A stretch of 63,939 nucleotides of DNA from the NCBI GenBank assembly GCA_009691445.1, contig SICL01000008.1, positions 1 through 63,939 on the forward strand, written 5' to 3'. Positions 7,574-16,547 of the stretch are shown piece after piece (the stretch's first letter is position 1; the number at the start of each line of letters is the position of its first letter). The notes under the pieces are model-generated. The model did not search any database. It was given only the letters and a program-made list of their open reading frames with translations, and had not been told where the DNA came from. This DNA comes from Candidatus Taenariivivens baikalensis. GTDB lineage: Bacteria; Omnitrophota; Omnitrophia; Omnitrophales; Aquincolibacteriaceae. Made by a program: the position numbers and the translations under genes.

Positions 7574-9838
7574 TTGCACTCACTGCCAAGACGGACACTC
7601 GCAGGCATTACCTCATTTCTTTTAGTTTTTCATTTTACTTTGGGAGGAATCCCGGCGCTTTCAGCGGCCCAGCCTGTCCTGAACCAAAATCAGAATCAAT
7701 ATTCACCCGAGAACAGTGTCTCTCCCTCTCCGGCTCCGGCGAGTCCGCAGCCCAAAGCGAGTTCCAACCCTTATCAAAATCCGGCTCAGGGGTTTGAGAA
7801 TCAGTCAGGAAAGGCCCTTTCCAAAGCCACCCCTGAACTCTCCCCCTTACCTTCTCCGAATCCGTCGCCAAGCGCAACACCAAGTTCTTCGGAAACGCCG
7901 GAGCCGGGGCCTTCGGTTAGCCCAAGTCCCGAATCTTCAGACGAAATAAAAATTCCAGCTCCTGTCAATATTGAGCCCTTGAATTTTGCACCGCCTCTTG
8001 CAGATTCAGTAAGCAGCACTGACTCATCAGCGTTAGCGATCGCAAAAGAAAATAATTCGTTGCAGGAAGCCGCTACTTCGTTATCTGTAATCTCACCAGC
8101 ACCCGTTCCCAGGGCTGCACCTCAAGTCGATTCCTCTGTTGCCGAGCTGAATGTATCGCCTGAAACACTGCCGTCGTTTGCAAAGAATCCTGATGATGTA
8201 AACACTTCGAGCCCGTTGCCGGAAAACGTGATTTCCCCAGATCCAGCTGGAAACCTGGATAAAAATTTGAATGTACCGGCGCCTCAAAGCAACCAAGGCT
8301 CCGCCGATCTTCCGGCTGAAGTACTTACGGCTTCTGCACCGCAAATACAGCAAACCGCGCAGAAAGCCGCAGCAGCCACAGTTGCAAAAATAGCAGCCTC
8401 CCCTGCTGAAGAGCCGGTGCCGTCGCTCAACCTGGCGCAAAAGGCACTCGACATTTTTTCTCCGAACACGATAAACAGCATAGCCGAAAATAAAACAGCC
8501 GCGGTTTCAGCAGAACAACAAAACCTCCAACCCTCCGCGAATCTTCCCGCGGAAGTACTCACGGCTTCTGCACCGCAGATGCAGCAGACCGCGCCTTACG
8601 AAGGGAAGGAGGCTGCGAACGCTGGAGCATTGAAGGTGAGCGCAGTGCCGCCACGCACCCTGAACGAGCCTGTTCCTTCATCGGGAGTTATTAGAAACAA
8701 TCAGGTAACCCAAGTAACCGCACCTTACACAGGGACGATCCCATTTTCACTTTTAAATATTGCTAAAGTTGACGTGGACTTAGCTAAGGCAAGAGAGAAG
8801 TTTAACGAATGGAAAAAAAATCAACCCAAAGAGAAACCCTCTCCAAAACCATCGCCGAATCCTTCACCATCACCGGATTCTTCACCTTCCCCTAGCACCA
8901 CACAACCCACGAAAGTGAAGGCTCTTGAGGGGGTAATCGGGGCACTCGTAAAGTGGGTTTTTAACAAATGGGAGTCATGGCATTCAACCATTCCACCTGA
9001 AAATAGATCGGATCCGCTGGATGACCTGGATTTGATAAGCGAAATTTATGCCCAGCTGCTTATTTCAAAAGAAGAAAATCGAGAGCGTAATTTCTGGATT
9101 GTTCAAGATCCAGACACTGGAAAACTGAGTTTGGTGGATGCGATGTCGGCGAGGACAGAAAACGAAGCCGAGTTTGATTTTTTTGATCTTCCGCCTAATA
9201 CGATTGCAGCCATCCACACTCATCCAGGAATAGGAGAAACTAGACCTAGAGGATCCAGTTTTTTGGATACAAATGCAAGTGTGTTGCATCCGTTTTTTCG
9301 TCAATACAGCGTTGATGAATTTGGGCTCAACTGGGTCAACGACGACGGAACCACCTGGAGCAGGGCTGAATTTGACAAGCTGAATCAGCCAGTGGACGAA
9401 CAAAGGGCAACACAAATTGCAGCACAATTTATTTCCAGTGATGAAAACAAGTCTGCCTTTAAAGCGAACGGCATTGTATCAGGGCAAGTGTCCACTTATA
9501 CCTCTCCGGATCAAGCGATTTTCAATTCTCTAAAAAACAAAAAAGTGCTCCCGGATAACCTGGTGAAAGCACTTGATGGGAAAAGTTTTAACACGGTTTA
9601 CTTTGAGCAGTATCCCGACTATTCAAAAATTGAAAAAAACGCTCCTGGTAAACCGGATGAACGGACGTTTGGAAGCGCTTGGATTTTTGTCGAAAAAGAC
9701 ACAGGGGAAATTCTGGGGAATTATTCGGGCATTTTTTACATGTTGTTCGGCAATTTCAACAACGGGCATGGTGGAGCGCCATATAAAAGCTCCACCAAGC
9801 CTGGTCTGATCCCAGAATCTTCGTCACCTTCACCGTAG
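7574..9838 (+). CDS. Secreted protein with a long Pro/Ser/Ala-rich region and a C-terminal JAB/MPN-like (DUF4329-like) HTHP domain
   Basis: The N-terminus LAGITSFLLVFHFTLGGIPALSAAQP is signal-like. Low-complexity PSP tracts follow, with an internal repeat ADLPAEVLTASAPQIQQTA / ANLPAEVLTASAPQMQQTA. The C-terminal AAIHTHPGIGETRPRGSSFLD resembles a JAMM HxH...SxxD motif. The start is a TTG, so it is uncertain. Confidence 0.6.
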   Translation: MHSLPRRTLAGITSFLLVFHFTLGGIPALSAAQPVLNQNQNQYSPENSVSPSPAPASPQPKASSNPYQNPAQGFENQSGKALSKATPELSPLPSPNPSPSATPSSSETPEPGPSVSPSPESSDEIKIPAPVNIEPLNFAPPLADSVSSTDSSALAIAKENNSLQEAATSLSVISPAPVPRAAPQVDSSVAELNVSPETLPSFAKNPDDVNTSSPLPENVISPDPAGNLDKNLNVPAPQSNQGSADLPAEVLTASAPQIQQTAQKAAAATVAKIAASPAEEPVPSLNLAQKALDIFSPNTINSIAENKTAAVSAEQQNLQPSANLPAEVLTASAPQMQQTAPYEGKEAANAGALKVSAVPPRTLNEPVPSSGVIRNNQVTQVTAPYTGTIPFSLLNIAKVDVDLAKAREKFNEWKKNQPKEKPSPKPSPNPSPSPDSSPSPSTTQPTKVKALEGVIGALVKWVFNKWESWHSTIPPENRSDPLDDLDLISEIYAQLLISKEENRERNFWIVQDPDTGKLSLVDAMSARTENEAEFDFFDLPPNTIAAIHTHPGIGETRPRGSSFLDTNASVLHPFFRQYSVDEFGLNWVNDDGTTWSRAEFDKLNQPVDEQRATQIAAQFISSDENKSAFKANGIVSGQVSTYTSPDQAIFNSLKNKKVLPDNLVKALDGKSFNTVYFEQYPDYSKIEKNAPGKPDERTFGSAWIFVEKDTGEILGNYSGIFYMLFGNFNNGHGGAPYKSSTKPGLIPESSSPSP

Positions 9839-9858
9839 AAATCCCCTCTTTCTGAAAA

Positions 9859-10407
9859 TTATTGATAAAGTTCAGCATTCTTGAGGCGGGGATACTTCTG
9901 ATCTTTCTGCGAGAGGGTATAAGGGATTTTCAAATCCGGCCACGCGATCTTGAGATCAGGGTCATTCCATAAAACGCCGCGCTCGTGCTGAGGGGAATAA
10001 AGTTCGTTCACTTTATAGAGCACCTCGGTTCCGTCCTCCATCGTGCAGAAGCCGTGGGCAAACCCGGCTGGCACATAAAGCATTTTCTTATCTTGGGCAT
10101 TGAGCACGACACTGACCTGTTTTCCGAACGTGGGAGAACTTTTTCGGACATCCACCACCACGTCAAAAATTTCGCCGCGGACCACACGGATAAGTTTGGA
10201 TTGGGCCTTGGGAGGAAGCTGATAATGGAGCCCCCGGAGTACTCCCTTGGAGGAACAGCTGTGGTTATCCTGGATGAAACGTTCGGGAATCCCGTTTTGG
10301 TGAAAAAGGTCTTCGCGGTAACTTTCATAGAAAAATCCCCTCGGGTCGTCGAAAACTCGAGGTTCGATTAATATCACATCAGGAATTGATAGTCGTGTGA
10401 ATTTCAT
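9859..10407 (-). CDS. rfbC: dTDP-4-dehydrorhamnose 3,5-epimerase
   Basis: Contains RGFFYESY, RGLHYQ and YVPAGFAHGF; 182 aa. Confidence 0.93.
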   Translation of the reverse strand: MKFTRLSIPDVILIEPRVFDDPRGFFYESYREDLFHQNGIPERFIQDNHSCSSKGVLRGLHYQLPPKAQSKLIRVVRGEIFDVVVDVRKSSPTFGKQVSVVLNAQDKKMLYVPAGFAHGFCTMEDGTEVLYKVNELYSPQHERGVLWNDPDLKIAWPDLKIPYTLSQKDQKYPRLKNAELYQ

Positions 10408-10413
10408 ATTAAA

Positions 10414-10492
10414 TTGTCATCGCGAGTCCCGCCCAAAAGCGGGAAGTGGCGATCTGGGTTTTTAGATTGCTTCGCTTCGCTCGCAATGACAA
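10414..10492 (-). repeat. Miniature inverted-repeat element, GTCATTGCGAG family (sibling at 29254-29345)
   Basis: Termini ttgtcatcgcgag ... ctcgcaatgacaa. The internal gattgcttcgcttcgctcgcaatgac and gcgggactcgcg modules are shared with the 29254 copy. Confidence 0.75.
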
Positions 10493-10572
10493 GAGACGAA
10501 GGAGCCTCAGAATAACACTTCGTGTTACAAATCATTTCTTAAAAATCCAAGCTTCAGTATAATACACAACCC

Positions 10573-10974
10573 ATGAACGAAACAACCATCCAGCTTTTAC
10601 AATTTATGATCTGCCGGAACTTTCAAGGCACGGAGAAAGACGTGTATACGGCCGAGGGCATTCACAGCAATCTCTACGCCCCATTGTTCCCCCACCGCTT
10701 TGATACCGCACATGTGGTCACCTGCTGGCGCAAGGATCAACGCTTTCATAAGGAAGTGATTGAATACTGCACGGACTACGGAGAAACCATCCGCACCGCA
10801 CCCATGGACGTGGAACCTGTCACGAACTCCGTGCTGTTCCGCTGGCACAAGCACCACTTTCCTTCTGAACTCGTGATTGAAAAGCCCTGTCTTTTGACCA
10901 TCCGGGTGGTGCTGGACTGGAAAGTCCATTTCGAAAGCTATATCATGATTGAGGCGGCCCCGGAGTCTGCCTGA
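10573..10974 (+). CDS. Hypothetical protein
   Basis: 133-aa ORF of non-repetitive composition, and the only long + strand ORF in this region. Its 3' end overlaps the convergent response regulator by 32 nt. Confidence 0.45.
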   Translation: MNETTIQLLQFMICRNFQGTEKDVYTAEGIHSNLYAPLFPHRFDTAHVVTCWRKDQRFHKEVIEYCTDYGETIRTAPMDVEPVTNSVLFRWHKHHFPSELVIEKPCLLTIRVVLDWKVHFESYIMIEAAPESA

Positions 10975-11323
10975 AAAGTTTGTCCACTTCTTCCCAAAGC
11001 ACCATCAGATCAAACGGCTTTTGTAAAAAAACGTCTCGCCCCATTTTTGCGGCTTCATCAATAATAGCCTGATCGACATAGCCTGTATTGACAATCACTT
11101 TTGTGGCAGGAGAAATAGCCTTAGCGATCTGAAGAACATTCAGGCCGGACATATCAGGAAGTTTCATATCCAAAAGGAGCACATCGGGTCTGACTTGGCT
11201 GACAATCTGAATTCCTTCTTTGGCCGTATCCGCGGTAAAAACCTGATACCCTTCTTCCTCAAAAAATGATTTCACCTCGTCCGTGATACCGATTTCGTCA
11301 TCGACAATAAGAAGCGTTCTCAT
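10943..11323 (-). CDS. Single-domain response regulator (CheY-like receiver)
   Basis: Contains LLIVDDE, DVLLLDMKLPDMSG and KVIVNTGY; 126 aa. Confidence 0.9.
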   Translation of the reverse strand: MRTLLIVDDEIGITDEVKSFFEEEGYQVFTADTAKEGIQIVSQVRPDVLLLDMKLPDMSGLNVLQIAKAISPATKVIVNTGYVDQAIIDEAAKMGRDVFLQKPFDLMVLWEEVDKLFRQTPGPPQS

Positions 11324-11377
11324 TTATTTGTCCGCTGTTCTAGTTCGTCGCTCGTTGTTAAGTCCCAGTGATAATTT

Positions 11378-11461
11378 GAGATTGCTTCGCTCCACTCGCA
11401 ATGACGTCATTGTCCGCCACAATTCGTCGGATGGATCCGTCCTTCGGCGGAGAAGCAATCT
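11378..11461 (+). mobile_element. MITE-like element with GAGATTGCTTCG terminal inverted repeats (copy 1)
   Basis: gagattgcttcg...cgcaatgacgtcattg...tccgtccttcggcgga...gaagcaatct; siblings at 14278-14382 (inverted) and 33836-33907. Confidence 0.75.
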
Positions 11462-11490
11462 TCAGCTGTTTGAATTGATCAAACAAAGTT

Positions 11491-13023
11491 CTAATCCTGT
11501 TTTTGAAGAAGATGTTTGGCAACCGGCTCCGCATGAATCGGCAGAGTTAAAATAAACGTCGTTCCAACTCCTAAGGTGCTATTGACTCTAATCGTTCCGC
11601 CATGAAGCTCAATGATGTATTTACACATATAAAGCCCCATCCCTGATCCCTTACCTGGAGGCTTCGTCGTATAAGCGTAATTAAAAATCTTTTTCTGAAT
11701 CTCTTCCGTCATTCCCATCCCATTATCGGAAAAATGAACCGCAACAAACCCTTCTTCATCACTCGCCCGCTCAGCTTTAACTGTAATCTGCCGGTTACGC
11801 TTCCCCACCATCGCGTGGTAGGCGTTGATAAAGAGATTCAAAAAAACTTCCTGAAGCCGTTCCAGATCCCCGCGCACCAGAGGGATAGACTGCGGAATCT
11901 CAAACGCCACTTCGGTTCCGGTCAAGTTTTCCAGGTAAGTTTGAAACTGCACAAGCGGAAGAGTTTCTTCAAGCACCAGTTTGAGAGAAAGCGGCTCAAA
12001 CTTTCCCTTTTCTGATTTTTTGAGAAGACCCGTCAACGTATTCACCACGGCCTTGATACGCGAAATGTTTTGTTCCATTTTCTGGAACACATCCATAATG
12101 TCCGCCACTTTAAGGGTGGGATCCTTACGGAATTTCAAAATCGCCCGAGAGACATTCATAGAAAGAATCGTGAGCGGATTATTCACCTCATGCCCCACCG
12201 AAGCCGCGAGTCTGCCCAGGGTTGCCATTTTCTGCTCATGAATCAACTGTGCCTGCGCATCCTGAAGCTGCTTGTTGGCACGCTCGGTCTCCTGAAGAGC
12301 CTTGATAAGTTTGCTTTTGGAATACTCCAACTGATCATTGATGATCTTTAATTCATTTTTCTTTTGTTTAGTTTCATCAAACAAGTTAGCATTTTCAATG
12401 GCGACCGCGGCTTCCTGGGCCAAGTTATAAAAAAGCTCCCAATCATCCCGAGTATAACGCTGTTCTGATTTTTTCCTACCGAGGAAGAGAATGTTTTTAA
12501 GTTCGCTTCCAAAAAAACTGGGGATGGCGCAGACCGCGTCAAAGTCTTTCATGGTTTCAATCATGGTCCGGATTTTCGAGGCCCGCATATCCAGCTGTTT
12601 GGAAGGTGTGAGCTTCTGGTCGGCGACAAGTTGAACATCGAGAATCTGTTTTTTTTCATGGAGCCACTGAACCAACGGATGGTTGTCATCCATCTGATAT
12701 TCGAGAAAATTTTTCTCGTAGCCCCGCTGATTCGCAAGCCAGAAACCTTCCGCATCCTTGCGCCGCGTGAAAATCGCCACCTGCCGGATACCCACCCGAA
12801 AGGTCAGGAAATGCACCACCAGACTGAAAAGATGGGCAAGGTTTTCAATTTTAGACATACTACGGGACGCATCTTTGAGAAGCTTTTGGTAATCGGCATG
12901 TTTTTTCCTGGAAACGCGGGTCAGAATGGGCGTTAGCCATCGCCGGAGGAGCTCATAAACAGGAATCGTCAGAACAATTCCAAAGATAAAGGCCAGCATC
13001 TGAGAAAAACTCAACATGGTCAT
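11491..13023 (-). CDS. Sensor histidine kinase
   Basis: N-terminal TM, DHp box LAASVGHEVNNPL, and ATPase boxes DNGMGM and GSGMGLYMCKYIIELHGG. Confidence 0.9.
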   Translation of the reverse strand: MTMLSFSQMLAFIFGIVLTIPVYELLRRWLTPILTRVSRKKHADYQKLLKDASRSMSKIENLAHLFSLVVHFLTFRVGIRQVAIFTRRKDAEGFWLANQRGYEKNFLEYQMDDNHPLVQWLHEKKQILDVQLVADQKLTPSKQLDMRASKIRTMIETMKDFDAVCAIPSFFGSELKNILFLGRKKSEQRYTRDDWELFYNLAQEAAVAIENANLFDETKQKKNELKIINDQLEYSKSKLIKALQETERANKQLQDAQAQLIHEQKMATLGRLAASVGHEVNNPLTILSMNVSRAILKFRKDPTLKVADIMDVFQKMEQNISRIKAVVNTLTGLLKKSEKGKFEPLSLKLVLEETLPLVQFQTYLENLTGTEVAFEIPQSIPLVRGDLERLQEVFLNLFINAYHAMVGKRNRQITVKAERASDEEGFVAVHFSDNGMGMTEEIQKKIFNYAYTTKPPGKGSGMGLYMCKYIIELHGGTIRVNSTLGVGTTFILTLPIHAEPVAKHLLQKQD

Positions 13024-13040
13024 AGATTAAATCATGGCTC

Positions 13041-16000
13041 TTAAAGGATCAAGACGTTTTCTGATAAGGTAAACCGTAAAGTAAATACTGATCCCATTCC
13101 TTCTTCGGATCGAACCTCAACCTTGGCCTGGTGTTTCTGTAAAATGCTGTGACTGACGGCAAGTCCCAGCCCCGTTCCAGAGCCAACGTCTTTGGTTGTA
13201 AAAAAAGGATCGAAAATCCGGGTCAAATTTTCCTTTTTGATGCCGATTCCGTTATCCATAACATCGGCTTCAACCTCGTGATTCTTTCTTCTTAAAATAA
13301 TTTGTATTTGTCCGGCCCGTTTGGCAGATTTGACCGCATCCCGGGCATTCAAAATCAAATTGGTGAAAACCTGCTCCAATTCATTGGAAATCCCGTGAAT
13401 CGGATACGTTCCTTCCGAAGAAATCTGGACCTGAATATCATCTTGCGCCAGCTGATACTGCAACATCGAGACGGTACTCCGAACAACCTGGCCCAGATCA
13501 ACTTCTGTGAGCCCCTGCTCCTCTCCGGGCTGGCGGGCATACTTAAGCAGCTTCTGGATGATCACCTGGCATCGCTTGGCACCCTCTTCGATGAGGGAAA
13601 GCGTTTCAAGATCGTCCTCGGAACAGGGAGACATCTTGAGAATTTGAGCATTGGTCAAAACCGCCGTGAGCGGATTATTAATTTCATGAGCAACGCCTCC
13701 GGCAAGTGTACCGATGGTTGCCAGCTTTTCCGCCTGGATGAGCTGATCCTGGGTTTTGGCGAGTTCCTTGGTCCTCGTATCAACGATTTGCTCAAGCTCC
13801 TCATTCCAACGCTTGAGTTCGCGCGTCATTTTCCGGATCTTGATCAAGATCCCCACCCGCGCAATCAGTTCATCCTTATTGAACGGCTTGGAGATATAGT
13901 CATTGGCTCCGAGACTGAGACCGTGAATCTTGTCTCCCATATCCGTTTTAGCCGTCAGCATAATGACGGGAAGCTGATCCGAAGAGCGGCTCGCGCGTAC
14001 CTTTCGGCAAAATTCATAACCGGACATGCGGGGCATCATCAGATCAAGAATCACAAGATCCGGCTCACCCAATTTCATTTTTTCAAGCGCATCAATACCA
14101 TCCACCGCCTCAATCACCTCATATTGATGCATTTGAAGGCGCGTTTTTACCACTTCCCGGTTGATCGCATTGTCATCAACGATGAGGATTTTCTCTCCGT
14201 GACCCCGGACCGCTTCCTGAAATTCCGGATCTTTTTCCAAAGGAAGATGAGATTGAATCTGGACCGAAGTATTTGAAGAGATTGCTTCGTCGTCCTCTGG
14301 ACTCCTCGTCCGCCGGAGGACGGAGCCGTCCGACGAATTGTGGCTCGCAATGGCGTCATTGCGAGCGGAGCGAAGCAATCTCGAATTATCAGCAGGAATC
14401 CCCTCAGGATGCTTGGGCAGAAAAAAAGAAAAAGCGCTCCCCTTCTGAGGCGTACTCTGAACTTCAATCGAGCTCCCGTGAAGCTGAGCAATTTCCCGGG
14501 CAATGGAAAGTCCGAGCCCTGTGCCTTCATAGGTCCGGGTGGCACTTCCATCCGCCTGACGAAAACGCTCAAAGACAATTTTCTGATCCTCGGGAGAAAT
14601 TCCAATGCCGGTATCCGCCACACTGATCTTGAGCCGCGCTTCGTCCTCCTCCACTTTGATCGTCACACTTCCTTCGTGCGTAAACTTGATCGAATTTCCC
14701 GCAAGATTGATGAGGACCCGCTGGATTTTTTCCGGATCACCGTAAACATCCGAAAGCTGCGGCGGAGCAATCTTCTCGAACCGAAGTCCCTTTTTCTGCG
14801 CCACCCCGCCAAGCAGAGCTCTTACGGCATCAATCACATTCATGATGTTGAAGGCTTTGACTTTCAGCTCCATCTGGCCGGATTCCATCCGGGAAAGCTC
14901 AAGCAGGTTATTGATGAGTTCCTTGAGATTAGCTCCGCTTTCGATAATCATTTCAAGATGCTTTTTCTGAGATTCATTGACTGGTCCATCAGCTCCATCA
15001 ATCACCGATTCCACAAGGCCGAGGATTCCGTTCAGCGGTGTGCGAAGCTCGTGCGAGGTGTTGGCCAAAAACTCCGTCTTGAGACGATCCAGCTCTTTCA
15101 AGCGGTCGTTTTGAACCTGGACCTGCTCATAAAGTTTGTTTACATTTTCAAACTGGATGGAATTGGAAAATGCAATAGCAACCGGGAATTGGAGTTCCTT
15201 AAGAAATTGAATGTCGACCGGAGCATACCGCTTCAGATTCTCTTTTTTTCCCAAGTGAATCATTCCAATCATTTTTCCGCCAATGATCAAAGGCACGGCC
15301 ACTTGAGCCTCTTTCCCTAAAAAATACGCAAGAAACTCGTGTTTAAAAGCTTGGATTTCAGGATCTCCATCGGCCAGATCCGCCACAATCACTTCATTGC
15401 GCAATTCCGCCCACCGGACAACCGGATGATCTGCCGGGATGGGCTGAAGTCCTCGAATTCCCTTGGCGATTGCGGGGACAAACTGGCCGCTCGCCTCATC
15501 CCTGAGATAAATAGAAACCTTTCTCACATAAAGGGATTTCCTCAGCAGTCGGGGCAAGCGCTGCAAAAGACTGCGCAGGTCTTTCAGATAAACCAATTCC
15601 TGCGAAAATTCCGAAAGGGTATTTTTTAAATTAGCGCTTTGCCTTTGAAAAAAATAATCCAGGTACGGCTGGAGCACCTTGAAGTAAAAATAAAAGGCTA
15701 GGAGAAGCGATAAACTGTACGCGGTGGAAAAAAATCCGGGAAGCGTAGCCGTCCATCGCTGGGTTCCATAAATCAACCATGCAAAAGGCAGGACGGCAAT
15801 CACCGCAGTCATAAACCACATCAAGGTTTTATGGACTGCGGTCTCGATATCCATGGTCTTATATTTAATGATGGAATAGGCAACCACCGCAATCCAGAAG
15901 AAAACGTAGAGAAATCCCAAAGGATACAGCTCAAAACGGATGATCTTGGGCAGATAATCCAGCGAGGATAAAAAGGAAACAAGAAAAGCGATCGAGATCA

Positions 16001-16547
16001 GCTTGATTTGAGCCTGGGGAATCTTATGGGTTTGACTGCGGTAAGCGCGGATGAAATTATAAAAAGCAGCGAGAAAATAGCCGAAAAAGAAAACGAGGAA
16101 TACCTGATTGTAAACACCGTAAATCGGATAATACCCCCAAAAATATTTCTGCATTCCCGGAAAACTCCGGTCGGAAAAAAGACCCAGAAAATAAAAAAAG
16201 GCCGCACCTGCAAACCCGGCTCCAATTATCTTTTTCCTCACGGCCCCCAACTCCAGCCAAACTTCGGAAAAGAAATACACCAGAGGCGAAATCAATACTA
16301 CGCCCAAAAAAGCGACCCTGCGGTAAATGACGAGGGCTAACTCCGGATTTTTGACCGAATAGACTCCAAACAAGCCAAAAAGCCAGAAAAGGATTGCTAC
16401 GCAAAGAAGAAAAAATGAAAGATTGACGATGGACTTACGGTTCTGGAGATAGATGTAAAATCCGGTCAAAAAAATCAGAACAGCAACGGGGAGAAGGGGT
16501 AAGGCGTAGATATTCAGCGAAATGAAACTTAAGACATTATCCGCCAT
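13041..16547 (-). CDS. Hybrid sensor histidine kinase with an N-terminal polytopic domain, two kinase cores and an internal receiver
   Basis: About 7 N-terminal TM helices. First core: HisKA SHELRTPLNGILG plus HATPase GTGLGLSIAREIAQLHGS. Receiver: ILIVDDNAINRE...DLVILDLMMPRMSG...MLTAK. Second core: DHp LAGGVAHEINNPL plus HATPase DNGIGI...GTGLGLAVSHSIL. Confidence 0.9.
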   Translation of the reverse strand: MADNVLSFISLNIYALPLLPVAVLIFLTGFYIYLQNRKSIVNLSFFLLCVAILFWLFGLFGVYSVKNPELALVIYRRVAFLGVVLISPLVYFFSEVWLELGAVRKKIIGAGFAGAAFFYFLGLFSDRSFPGMQKYFWGYYPIYGVYNQVFLVFFFGYFLAAFYNFIRAYRSQTHKIPQAQIKLISIAFLVSFLSSLDYLPKIIRFELYPLGFLYVFFWIAVVAYSIIKYKTMDIETAVHKTLMWFMTAVIAVLPFAWLIYGTQRWTATLPGFFSTAYSLSLLLAFYFYFKVLQPYLDYFFQRQSANLKNTLSEFSQELVYLKDLRSLLQRLPRLLRKSLYVRKVSIYLRDEASGQFVPAIAKGIRGLQPIPADHPVVRWAELRNEVIVADLADGDPEIQAFKHEFLAYFLGKEAQVAVPLIIGGKMIGMIHLGKKENLKRYAPVDIQFLKELQFPVAIAFSNSIQFENVNKLYEQVQVQNDRLKELDRLKTEFLANTSHELRTPLNGILGLVESVIDGADGPVNESQKKHLEMIIESGANLKELINNLLELSRMESGQMELKVKAFNIMNVIDAVRALLGGVAQKKGLRFEKIAPPQLSDVYGDPEKIQRVLINLAGNSIKFTHEGSVTIKVEEDEARLKISVADTGIGISPEDQKIVFERFRQADGSATRTYEGTGLGLSIAREIAQLHGSSIEVQSTPQKGSAFSFFLPKHPEGIPADNSRLLRSARNDAIASHNSSDGSVLRRTRSPEDDEAISSNTSVQIQSHLPLEKDPEFQEAVRGHGEKILIVDDNAINREVVKTRLQMHQYEVIEAVDGIDALEKMKLGEPDLVILDLMMPRMSGYEFCRKVRASRSSDQLPVIMLTAKTDMGDKIHGLSLGANDYISKPFNKDELIARVGILIKIRKMTRELKRWNEELEQIVDTRTKELAKTQDQLIQAEKLATIGTLAGGVAHEINNPLTAVLTNAQILKMSPCSEDDLETLSLIEEGAKRCQVIIQKLLKYARQPGEEQGLTEVDLGQVVRSTVSMLQYQLAQDDIQVQISSEGTYPIHGISNELEQVFTNLILNARDAVKSAKRAGQIQIILRRKNHEVEADVMDNGIGIKKENLTRIFDPFFTTKDVGSGTGLGLAVSHSILQKHQAKVEVRSEEGMGSVFTLRFTLSENVLIL
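14278..14382 (-). mobile_element. MITE-like element (copy 2) inserted in frame inside the hybrid kinase CDS
   Basis: 105 nt (35 codons) bounded by gagattgcttcg / cgaagcaatctc. It translates as RLLRSARNDAIASHNSSDGSVLRRTRSPEDDEAIS between the first HATPase domain and the receiver. Confidence 0.8.

Noticed and set aside
8298-8596. Roughly 63-nt diverged direct repeat considered as a DGR template/variable pair
   Set aside because: The mismatches are not restricted to adenines (C/G, G/A, G/C, T/G and T/C also occur). No reverse transcriptase gene is in the window, and both copies are in one low-complexity coding region.
13302-15320. Two + strand ORFs of about 325 aa (13302-14276 and 14340-15320)
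   Set aside because: Both are antisense to the hybrid histidine kinase, whose domain motifs are unambiguous. One of them simply translates the MITE.
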